DNA from: Octopus sinensis
Lineage: Eukaryota
Length of the DNA: 64,000 nt
Assembly: GCF_006345805.1 (NCBI RefSeq)
Contig: NC_043005.1
Span: 57,784,001-57,848,000, forward strand
Reading direction: 5' to 3'
In this document: piece by piece, positions 53,091-64,000 of the stretch
Layout: the number at the start of each line of letters is the position of its first letter
How positions within the stretch are numbered: the stretch's first letter is position 1
Notes under the pieces: generated by a model
What the model was told of the DNA's origin: nothing
The model's database searches: none
The model's input: the letters and a program-made list of their open reading frames with translations, nothing else
Program-made: the position numbers and the translations under genes

Positions 53091-53836
53091 GTCTTGTTTT
53101 CATGGAAAGGCGAGATGCTAACGTTCGGTTACCGCAGGAAGATGAGGCTCTAAATTTCTGTTGTTACAGAAAGGCGAATTACTAACATCTTATTGTTATG
53201 GAGAGAGACAAATGTCTTGTCACGGAAAAGCGAAACGCTTCGTCGCCACGGAAAGGGGAGACAATAACCTCCTGTTGTCACAGAAAGAAAAGATATTTAA
53301 CAACTGGTTATTAGAGAAAGGTGAGACAAGAACGTCTAATGTCAGATTGTCACAGAAAAGATGAGATACTAACATTCCATTATTAGAAATAGATCAGACA
53401 TATGTCATGAAACGAGGAGTCACTATTGCCGTCTTGTTATCAAAAGCAAAGCACGGCAGCCACAACCATCTGCTCTTTAACCTTTTAGTTATATTTCTAC
53501 TGAAATATATTGCCTTTGTTTCAATTAATTCTTAACATAATGACAAATTTAGTTAAATAACTTTGTTGCTATTAATCTGGTGTATGGAACATAAACACGA
53601 AATTTTTGATGGCAGGTCTTAATTTAGATCACTTTAAATGGAAAGTTTGTATCATTGAACTTGAATCAGTGTTGGGGCGGGTTAGTACCATAAGTGTTAA
53701 GTCTGTTCCATCAAGGTTGAACTAGGGTTAATTAGCAACAGTAACTACCTACACTTTACATGATAGTTCTTAGAAAAGTTCAAAAAGTTTAACTGTCATG
53801 AAATACGCATAGTTGAACGGACCGACCTTTTATTTC

Positions 53837-54365
53837 TGAGAAGTAATGTTTATCGCCATTTCAACATGGGTGTTCCGTAACAACCGACGTTACTACCATT
53901 TTAACCCCAGGAGGATATCTCCGCTTGTTGGTTATTCGATGCAATCTGCACACGATATATATTACAAGCAGGGAAGTGAACCCCTACCATCTTCCAGCCA
54001 CGAGACTGCCAGGCGGTACGGTTTCCTGCTCTTTGTGCTCACCCTCGGTGGTGGATATTCGTCCGCTAGACACAGCAGTAGTTCATTTCAGTTCGCAATA
54101 TATAGAAAATAAGTGACATCCAATCACTGATCATGCAGCAAGGAAATTAGCTAGTAAGAAAATCTCTATAAAAGATGAAAGTAGTAACTATACTGAGAAG
54201 TAATGTTTATCGCTACTTCAACATGGCTGTTCCGTACGAACCGACGTTACTACCATTTTAACCCAAAGAGAACGCCCTCCCCCGACTGGTTATTCGATGC
54301 AATCTGCACCCGATATATATTGCAAGCAGGGGAGTGAATCCCTACCATATTCCAGTCACGAAGCG
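53837..54365. repeat. Two diverged direct repeats of about 165 bp, 357 bp apart
   Basis: tgagaagtaatgtttatcgc...ccctaccat.ttccag.cacga at 53837 and 54194. Confidence 0.8.
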
Positions 54366-54718
54366 TCCAGACCGAGCTATTTTCATTGATCTGATAGTGA
54401 AAAGGACCGGCCGAGAAAGAAAGTTAGTGAGTGACTGAGCGTGTGATTGACTGACTCTGTGGAGTGAGGGACGGAACTAATGTTGTATGGTCCAGTCTGC
54501 AAGCTACAAAGCATCAACTTTACATTCTCGGCAATTGGACTTCTCCAAATATTCATGAGCTCTTGCTATGAACCCCCTTGCTGACACAATCACCAGTTTC
54601 TTCGGATTCCGAATTTTCCCTACTGCTTAGGTTTGCTCGACCAAGGCTTCCCTGGAGTTAAATAGCAATAGCAACAACAATAATAACCACATATTTTTTG
54701 GCAAATAGGATTACTTGC

Positions 54719-54848
54719 CTCAACACAGTCGTCTTTACGAAGGCAACGCCCTCTTCGGTTAGTGTTGAGATGTTCGTACAGCTTTTTATTGGTCTCACTG
54801 TCAGTTGGGTCGTAATTCAACTTATCTGATGGATTATTCAGGTAGAGC
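54719..54848 (-). CDS. XPNPEP2: XPNPEP2-like exon ending at a GC donor
   Basis: cactag|...GAG|gcaagt; 130 nt, phase 2-0; (R)LYLNNPSDKLNYDPTDSETNKKLYEHLNTNRRGRCLRKDDCVE; phases fit both neighbours. Confidence 0.85.
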
Positions 54849-55878
54849 CTAGTGATAAAGGAAAGATCACGTAAGAAGGGTTCATTCTAAAATGGTTACA
54901 TATATAAATCAAGAATTCGTAAACACACACACACACACACAGTAATGTGAGAGTTGTAAAGTAAGTTAAGATATATCATATATTGTAAAAACATTAATTA
55001 CAAAGTATCCGATCGTGAAATTTGGAGTATATTACCAATATTTGATATGCGCGCGCGAGTGTGTGTGTGCGTGTGCGTGTGCGTGCGCGCGCGCGCGCGT
55101 GTGTGTGTTCTAAGAATGCATAAGTCAGAAAAAAAACAGATATTCATATATTTGTCAAAAGAGTGGGTATATTTATCAAAGTATGCAGTATTATAGATTA
55201 CTTTTAGTTGATTTTTACCTATCGGTTTCGCATTGGGTTTTAGATAATCGAGCGGTTATCTAAAACCACGGGCTCTTCAGTGATAATAGGTATAGTAAAA
55301 AAATATAGCAGCTGCTTTTTTTATTGGAGGTGAGATACATATATGCGAAATGGCTCTATTATGATGACGGATAATGCACAGATTAACAGAAATAACAGAG
55401 GTTCAAATAAAACACCTTACTGTATTAAGAGTCTACTGACTTATGCATAGAAACAGCAAATTCTAAGATCCAGTCATCAGTGATAAATAGTTTGAGCAAC
55501 ATTTTGCTTTACCTATAACGTAAATGATCCAAAGAAAAGTCATGTGCACCATAGCATTCTACCATTTTCCCTCTCTTAAAATACAGTTTTTCGTATTGAA
55601 TCAAAGTGAATAACAAATAAGCATTTGTGTAATGCTACAACATGAGCTAATGACAGTTTCAAATTTCGCTTCATTTAGTCCATCATCAAAGCCATAACTT
55701 CACAATGTCACAACTTTCCACTCCGCAACATTTCTAAGTCCGTGATGGTGCTAAATGTAGCTAAATTCAAGGAGAAAAAAAAATTTCTAATTGGGAAAAA
55801 TAAAAACTGAAATTTTATGCTTCACTATTTATTGGATGATTAGAAACTGAGAGAAGCCCGTCGTATATTCAAATGTGA

Positions 55879-55917
<39 letters not shown>

Positions 55918-57943
55918 CGCCTTTATGTTTGTGTTTGTCCCCCACTGGTGTGTTTACGTCCCCGTAACTTAGTGGTTCTGCCTAAGAGACCGATAGAATA
56001 AGTACTATTTTTAAAAAAATAATAAGCCCTAGGGTAGATTTTTTCGACTAAACCCCTTCAAGGCGGTGACCCAGTATGACCGCACTCAAATTACTGAAAC
56101 CAGTAAAAGATAAAAGATCCACTGTCTAAAGCAATAAAGCTTTTGCGTGCAGTCAAAAATGTGGCGAACAGATATAAAGTAAAGAGAAGAAAGGCGAAAA
56201 ATGCCACCCTTTTCGTTAAAAAAAAATTAGTCACAAGAAAAAAATTTCATATTTCGTTTGTAAACCATAAAATAAATAAACTAATAACATTTCAAATTGC
56301 GTAACACTATTGGGATTTGGAGCTGAATTAAGGTAAATATTATTTTTCACTGAATGGCGATCCTCCCATGTGTTGGAGTTTGTGTGCTGTCACATGGCAT
56401 TTTTACTGTAACACTTTTCAGCGATATTTTTACAGGAAAACTTTTTTCCTATGCTTTTCTTTTTTATTCTAGTGCAAACCGAAATAAGATCTGCTGCTGG
56501 TGAAACAATTAGCTGTTGAACAACCAACGAAAGAATTGGTGATTTGAATTGGACCATAGACGCCTGTGTCACTTGTTAAAATACGGTCCTTACTTTTATC
56601 AGCTCCGGGGTGATGGCAGGCAGATTCGACCCCAGAAGGTTCTTAACAGAGCAGAGAATAAGATAGATATTTTATGAAAGCAAAAAAATATTTCTTGTAC
56701 AGTTATAAGGCTTGATTAAATCACTCTCAATACTTTTTATTTTACTGTATTTAGTCAATGGTAAGAAGGAGAGCCCTTATAACCCTTTTAAGAGCCCCCC
56801 TCATTGGTTGAAAAAAGGAGGAAGTTATCAGACGGGAGACCCAACCCGAATGCTAAAGGGGTAAAGATACCCTCCGATCATGAATGACCATGGAATTGCA
56901 CCTAGAAAGTTACCCTCCGAGGCACAAGTCCGAGCAAGGTTGTTTACGAAAGACCAGCATTCGCCCGTGCATACCAGCTTCCTTTCTCCATGCCACTGAT
57001 GTTGTCCAAGGGAAAGGCAAAAGCCGATACAGCTTGGCGTTAGTGACGCAACTCATTTCTACAGCTGAGTGAACTGGAGGAACGTGAAATAAAGTGTCTT
57101 GCTCACGAACACAACACGCAGCTCAGCCCAGTAATCGAACTCACTACCTCATTATTGTGAGCCCAAAGCTGTAACCACTGAGCCATGTGCCTTCACCCGA
57201 ATGCTAAAGCTCCGTTAAAGGCATGGGTTTGGTAGTCGTGTTAAAACAGGCAGCAGATTTAGTCTGCTAGTCAAAAACATGTTTGTCCGACATGTTTTAA
57301 TCCAAAACTAGCATTCCTGCCAACCAGCAGCAAACCTTAGAACTTAAAATCAGAGCATGCAATTATGAGAATCAAACCATATAACTAATGTAGCGTAAAT
57401 ATATCATACGCATAACTCCTTTCCTCATAAAAAAAAAATATTAAACTGTTTTATTTGCATTTATATATATATATATATTAGGCAAGCATTGAGTATTCTT
57501 TGCATTCATGCAAGAAACACCTTTGCTGTTAATTTACCACTCATAATAGCAACAGCACCTAGCATAAGCTTAAATCCACAAATTTTGGAAATGGCTTAGC
57601 CCAAATCATCAATCCCAGCACTTGATTGGTACTTTATTTATCAAACTCGAAAGGATGAAAGGCAAAGGTGATTTCAGTGGAATTTGAACTCAGAATGTAA
57701 AGTGTCTGTATTTTGTCCGACACGAATGATCTAACCATTTCAACATAATAATAATTATAATTCTTTCACTTTGTGAATTGACAAAGAAAATCTAGAAAGC
57801 AGTCGATTTTTACTGAGAATTAAATTCAGGACATAAAGTGATAACGAAATACTGTAATATATTCTGTTCCTAGCACTACAAATTCTATCATGTATTTGTA
57901 TTTTTTATTGAAATATCTTTAAAAGATTCTTCGACATACAAAC

Positions 57944-58025
57944 CTTATTTTCTGTCGATCAACTATCGCGTACGCTATGGCCACTGGATTGAAAGGCACG
58001 TCCTTTGCGCGAAAGTTAAAAAGCC
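57944..58025 (-). CDS. XPNPEP2: XPNPEP2-like exon
   Basis: ttgcag|...|gtttgt; 82 nt, phase 1-2; (W)LFNFRAKDVPFNPVAIAYAIVDRQKI(R), equivalent to the conserved WLFNLRGSDIPYNPV. Confidence 0.93.
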
Positions 58026-58149
58026 CTGCAAAGACAAAGAAACATTAATAATTTATCATGTTGTACTTCATGCATTGAGAGCACGATTGATCAGGGAATT
58101 TCCTCCCTCAAGCGCTTCAAAACATCACAGTAGAACTCTCGATTGACGG

Positions 58150-58400
58150 TCTGGGTCTGTGGAACGAATTTTGGATGCACAATACCACATTTTCGGGGCT
58201 GACATTCGTGGCAAGTCTTCTCCATCACTCATCGTCTTCCAGAGAAGTTCTTCCGCTTTTGAAGCGCCCGTACCACTCGAAACATTGCGTACTATCCATT
58301 GCGTCGTCGCCGTAAGTTTTCTGAAGCATGCTCAGTGTCTCTGTGTCGCAGACTTTCCAAGTTTAACGTAAAATTTCAAGTTGGCTCTTTGTTCCTGTTC
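58150..58400 (-). mobile_element. Mariner transposase N-terminal fragment
   Basis: EQRANLKFYVKLGKSAT.ETLSMLQKTYGDDAM...FEWYGRFKSGRTSLEDDE. Confidence 0.85.
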
Positions 58401-58457
58401 ATGACAGAATCGCAGACAACAGCATACACGTGATCACAAAAATACAAATGTGACAAC

Positions 58458-58501
<44 letters not shown>

Positions 58502-59114
58502 ATTATAAAGTCGATGGCTGCCCGTGTGACTCGAACCCACGTCTTCTGCAAAGATGGTAGACATTCACAAATCAAAGAAAGGAATTATTTCACGCCTCTG
58601 TTGCTAAAATTTTATGATTTAAACCATTTAATTCTCGCTGGAAAAAGCAAAATTTCTAAAATAGATACAGAAATGCGAATGAATGATTTGGTCCATTATA
58701 TTTATAGATATGGATTCGTGTCTTGCGAGCAGCCTTAACTTTTCCTATCCAAAGGTGTTTCTTAACGCTTAAGTTATTTACATGTTACTATTTATATATT
58801 ATTTATACCTTCATCTGCTTCAAGTTTCACTGTTCAAAAAAGAAATTCTCTTGGAGTTTCTAAATTTTCGTGACATATACAATATATAATTCTCGCTAGT
58901 AAGAATAAGGTTCCTAAAAGAAATTCGTAGGATTGCTTTGATTCATCTGATTCCATTACATTTATATGAAACTTATCAAATCCCTGCCCAGTTTCCTGTA
59001 TGTGTGTGTGTGTATGTGTGTGTGCGCGCGCGCGCGCACGCACGTGAAAGAGAGAGAGAGAGAAAGAAAGAAAGAGAGAGAGAGGGAGAGAGAGAATACA
59101 GAAAAACAACTTAC

Positions 59115-59210
59115 AAGCAATCTCATCCAGGCTGGTCACTATGAATGCTGCAACATTTTGTTTGACCATTTCATTGCGGAGGTCTTGCACTTTGTCTTGC
59201 CAACTTTTAC
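59115..59210 (-). CDS. XPNPEP2: XPNPEP2-like exon
   Basis: cgtcag|...|gtaagt; 96 nt; (G)KSWQDKVQDLRNEMVKQNVAAFIVTSLDEIA(W); LDEIAW motif. Confidence 0.95.
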
Positions 59211-60486
59211 CTGACGATGAAGAACAAATGTGAGACATCGTTGTCAATCTTCTACTTATATTCATTACTTACTGGTTACAATCTATAGCAGAGACAGGTG
59301 ACTTCATTTTCGAAGGCTGTATAGAATTAAATATAATCCAATGAGGGCGTGTTAAAGAAAATGTTTATTAAGCATTTGCATGACCTGTGTGTCACGTGAT
59401 ACATTGGACATATTTCCCCGACGTCTTTGTATCTTATATGATACGCATTCCCAACTTTTTTCAAGCACCAGCGTAAATTGGGACTTATGAAAGGAAAGCT
59501 TTATAATACTCAGAACGTATGAAACAAGTGCTAACTAAATGTCTGAAAACAAGCATGGACGTTTAGGACAAACTTTTGAAAATGCTTTGGACAAGGAAAA
59601 GGTTAAATATGCGAAACAATGTTATCTGACATTGACAAATCTGATTTGAAGTAATTTTGGTGGCATTGAAATCTACCTATTTGCTAAGGATTAATTAGCA
59701 TATAACCACACGAGTTAGGGTACGTTGAAATCATGGAATGCAGCATGGTGGACGTGAACTAATTCGGGACATGAATTAATTGAGTCAATGGTGAATATCA
59801 CTAGATACTGAGCGAATGAACAGGCAATAAACTATCCACGTTCAGGATCAACCAGTTCAGTTAATGAACTACTGCTATCAACTGTGTGGAGGCGCAATGG
59901 CCTAGTGGTTAGGGCAGCGGACTCGCGGTCGTAGGATCGCAGTTTCGATTCCCAGACCGCGCGTTGTGAGTGTTTATTGAGCAAAAACACCTAAATCTCC
60001 ACGAGGCTCCGACAGAGGATAGTGACGAACCCTGCTGTACTCTTTCACCACAACTTTCTCTCACTTTTTCTTCCTGTTTCTGCTGTACCTGTATTTCAAA
60101 GGGCCAGCCTTGTCACACTCTGCGTCACGCTGAATCTCCCCGAGAACTACATTAAGGGCACACGTGTCTGTGGAGTGCTCAGCCACTTGCACGTTAATTT
60201 CATGAGCAGGCTGTTCCGTTGATGGGATCAACTGGAACCCTCGTCGTCGTAACCGACGGAGTGCCACGATAACTATCAGCTGTAGTATTGGAGTACATAT
60301 ATGAGATATTTCAGCTTGCGAAAGCCCAATATGACTAAAAGCCAAACCAGATGTTCATGCCGCATTGCTCAATCTGGCATGGAAAAGTTGCATTGGTCCG
60401 GGCAAGTCATCCAACCGGATGATGACGAAAGAGAGTGAGCGGTAATATCTGTAGTGTACGTGTATATGTATCATGAAAGGACTTAC

Positions 60487-60633
60487 CTGCGAATTTGAGT
60501 GGTAAAGCATTGATGACAGAGTTTGGTTTTTCGGGTCGAGTTGTAGTCCAGACCAAATCGACAAGATCCTGGAGTACTTCAATCAAAGTGATGTTGTATC
60601 TAGCCAGTTGCATAGACATTTCTTTCCATTTCA
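60487..60633 (-). CDS. XPNPEP2: XPNPEP2-like exon
   Basis: tttcag|...|gtaagt; 147 nt; (M)KWKEMSMQLARYNITLIEVLQDLVDLVWTTTRPEKPNSVINALPLKFA(G); family LVD.IW..RP motif. Confidence 0.93.
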
Positions 60634-61689
60634 CTGAAAAAAACAGAAACAATAACACTAAAAAAAGTTCTCAAAACGGAGCTTTCGTTTGTATTTTGAA
60701 TCAATGGTTTCTAGTTTAGGAACAACGCCATGTTTCGAGGGGAAGCGGGTAAGTCGATACCATCAACTTCAATACTAGACTCGTACTTTATTCTATCAAT
60801 CCCGGAGGTATGACCGTCATTAAAGAGGTACACTGGACGGCAATGCCTCCTCGCCTCCACTATTCGGTGGCGCACTAAAGTCTGGTGACGGGCTTACTCG
60901 GAGCGTTGAAAGGCAAAGTTAACTTGGGAGGATCTGAACTCCGAACGTAAAAAACCAGCACAAATGTTGCGAGCACTTTTTAGATGTTCTAACAGTTTTG
61001 CCAGCTCGCCGAGTAATTTGAGTTAATAGAAAAGAAACTTTATACTAAAAAGCAAAACAAAACAAAATATAAAACGCAAAAACGATATAGCTAAGAGGAT
61101 AGTTGGATTGAAGAAGTACAATTTACGCATGTACATACATATGTATGTATGTATTTGTGTGTGCGTGTGTGGATTGATATTTATACTATTGTATGTATGT
61201 ATGTATGTATACGCATCAGGTTTTGCACAGTTTACGTCTACCAAATTTCTCTCAAAAAGATAATGGTCATCTCCAAGCCACGAGTTTAAGAAGTGAACTT
61301 TTTGACAACACTGCTCATAATAACGTAGTCCAGAGAAGATGACCACAGCTAGAATGCGTTCGATTACAAGTCTGGTCAATCTAAGTCAACTTAGAGATAA
61401 GCAACATTAGTAAGAAAGTGAACCACAATGCAGTTCGTCCGACGCTCAAGCGAATCGGCTAATCCACCACCCTGTTATCATAATAACGATTCTTTCTACT
61501 ATAGGCACAAGGCGTGAAATTTGGAAGTGAGGAAACTAGTCGATTACATCAATCCCATTTAAACTTATTTTTTTGACCCCGAAAAGATTAAAAGCAATGT
61601 TGACTTTGGCGGAATTTGAACTCAGAGCATTAAAACGGGTAAAATGCTTCTAAGCATTTTGCTCGGCGTGCCAAGGATTTTGCTAGCTC

Positions 61690-62040
61690 AACGCCTTAAT
61701 AAAGATTTCAAATACAGAATGATACTCTATAGTGAACACATTGACAGATGCGCAAAACAACTGCTATCACAATTTGTAATCTTTACATTTTATCAGTGTG
61801 CAATTGGAACACCAACACAAATTAGATTAAATAAGGAAACTTATCTCATTGAAAAATATAAACCCAAACTTAACCATTCTTAACATTTTATTCTATCAAA
61901 ACCAAATCATGTTAAATTAACAAAACCTAATCATTTCCAACATTTTTGATTATCTCCCTTAAACCGAAAAAATCCCTGATTACTTCCCCCTGTTTCGAAC
62001 TCTTCTACATCACACCATAACGAATAGATGACATAACATC
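61690..62040 (+). mobile_element. Penelope-like GIY-YIG 3' end plus terminal repeat; 120-bp duplicate at 63495-63614
   Basis: HIDRCAK...FVIFTFYQ...RLNKETYLIEKYKPKLN* is a typical GIY-YIG C-terminus. Confidence 0.7.
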
Positions 62041-62516
62041 GGTAAAGAAATTTGAGAAATTTGAAAAGAAAAAGCGAAACCAGTTATTTCTCTCAAAAAA
62101 ATGTCACTGTATACAAACTTTTATATCATTTTCCGAACATGACGATTTTAATATATTTTTTAACCATATAATACAAATCTTCTGCAGTTTTTTCATTGTT
62201 TTATATATATATATATATATATATCACACATATGTGTATGTGCGTGTATAATATTAAGCATAATAATAATAATAATAATCCTTTCTACAAAAGGTACAAG
62301 GACTGAAATTTGGTGGGAGGAGATAAGTCGATTATGTCAACTCCAGTAATTATTTTATCAACACCGAAAGAACGAAAAGCAAAGTTAACTTCTGTGGAAT
62401 TTGAACTCACAACGTAAGGACGAACGAAATGCTGCCAAGCATTTTGCCCGACGTGCTAACGATTCTGCCAGCACGACGCCTTTAGCGTAATAATAGCAAT
62501 TATAGAGTATACCTAC

Positions 62517-62609
62517 TTGCTGACATAAGCATAGGACTGGCACCAACTCTGCTACCAGATGGCAGCTCTTTGCCAAGCCATTCAGGAATATCAACAACAC
62601 CTGGGTTAC
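62517..62609 (-). CDS. XPNPEP2: Xaa-Pro aminopeptidase 2-like, first exon visible in window (5' exons lie outside)
   Basis: ttccag|...|gtaggt; 93 nt, phase 1-1; (G)NPGVVDIPEWLGKELPSGSRVGASPMLMSA matches the aminopeptidase P N-terminal 'EWL...L..GSRVG.DP' segment. Confidence 0.9.
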
Positions 62610-63299
62610 CTGGAATTGAAAATGACGAAGTCATCAGTTAATATATACATGCACTAACACACACACACACACACCACACACACACACACATACACACAGA
62701 CATATACATACATGCATACATACATACATACATACATACATACATACATACATACATACATACATACATACATACATACATACATACATACATACATACA
62801 AGAGGATATCTATGGACAATTGCTTCAAAGCCTCCAGCTTCTATATCCGAAACTATCAATTCATATTCATACCAAAAATAATTGGAGCACTAGGTTTTGT
62901 TAGTAAGTGCTTAAAGGAGAATCTGGATAAACTGGGATTTTCAGTAAGAGAAATCGACTGGTTAATTCGTATATTACAAGTGCAATCTGTGAGTGGAAAA
63001 ATAAAACTATGCAAGAATTTTCTCAAGTTCCAAACGTGAATTTGTCTGTGTTAACTACATCCTAAAGATGGGGCCTTGTATCTTTGTTGGAAACCGGCTC
63101 CCTCCTCAGTGGAATATTTATAATAATTAAAAAATAGAAGAGATACATGCATACACACACACCACACACACACACACCACACACACACACACACACGTCT
63201 TAGAAAAAATATGGCAGTTGAAAATCTCCTCTTACAACAAGACAATACTCCCCAGTGTATTTGCAATGCCAGTGCTGATTCCAACATTTAGGATTCTTG

Positions 63300-63900
63300 A
63301 CTGGTTTGTGTAGGAAATCCATTCAATGGACGTTAAAACTCGCAAAGTACTGACATCAAGGAATAGTGATGTCGATAGGCTCTACTTAAGAAGAGCTAGA
63401 GGAGGTAGGGGGCTTGGGATCAGTGCAGACAGCCTTCGACTGTTGTAGTTCCTCTCAGACAGCACTTGCTAAACAACAGCAGCAACAATAAATACAAAAC
63501 CTAATCATTCCCAACATTTTTGATTATCTCCCTTATACCGAAAAAATCCCTGATTACCTCCCTCTGTTTCGAACTCTTCTACATCACACCATAACGAATA
63601 GATGACACAACATCAAGTCAAGAGTGGCTTGGGTTTAAGCAAGAGCAAAACTACAAATAAAAAACAAAAAGAGCAACAAGAGTAATAAATACTGCCTCCT
63701 TACCCATACGCTGAAGAATCCAGGAGCAGTCTAAGATAGATTCCGCCTCCAAAAAGTAGCGACCGTCAGTCCAAAGAGCCGCTTGGTTTGTAGTTACGAC
63801 AGCTGTTCCTATAGTAGAGAAGACAAGGGAGTAAAAATGTATTCAGAATTATGCAAATGTGGCTGGGAAAAGTAGACAATGTTCTTTTGTTTTATTTGCC
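63300..63900 (+). mobile_element. Degenerate R4/Dong-like non-LTR retrotransposon fragment
   Basis: MDVKTRKVLT...SDVDRLYLRRARGGRGL; later YSELCK. Confidence 0.55.
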
Positions 63901-64000
63901 GTAGGAAATGGCATTGACCATGGTTCTTACAGGTCTTCTTAGACCCGGTGAGATTGACGCTATTAATGTTCTGTTTAAACTGCTGCGAGTCGGCACCTAC

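Noticed and set aside
59886-59960. tRNA-like sequence (also at 22940-23009 and other SINE heads)
   Set aside because: A/B boxes are present but there is no acceptor stem, and the sequence runs into a SINE body; these are SINE heads, not tRNA genes.
63230-64000. Next upstream XPNPEP exon (expected ...QA..QLD.NW.LMK)
   Set aside because: No matching peptide with splice sites was found; it must lie beyond the window.

Overview
AT-rich, microsatellite- and retroposon-dense animal genomic DNA. The SINE families, TA/CA/TACA repeats and gene structure look like an octopus or other cephalopod genome (inference, not confirmed). Most of the window (13916 to beyond 62609, minus strand) is one large intron-rich gene for a GPI-anchored Xaa-Pro aminopeptidase (XPNPEP2-like). 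I assembled 17 exons by hand (1676 nt, frame-consistent at every junction). They contain all five metal-ligand motifs, one GC-AG intron and a C-terminal GPI signal; the 5' exons lie beyond the right edge. A probable first coding exon of a second, unidentified secretory or membrane gene lies at 9509-9691 (-). The introns hold a near-full-length CR1-type LINE (PHD-finger ORF1) inserted into a SINE, remnants of Tx1, HERO, R4/Dong, Penelope, Tc1 and mariner elements, many tRNA-derived SINEs, and a possible decayed GPCR. The most unusual signal is a set of fold-back (inverted-repeat) elements tied to Penelope-like sequence and hammerhead ribozyme motifs. One is a 204-bp palindrome with a near-intact type I hammerhead on each strand (46824-47027), within a cluster of five hairpins around one 51-bp exon. 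Almost all ORFs in the supplied track are microsatellite artefacts. No CRISPR, rRNA or genuine tRNA gene was seen.
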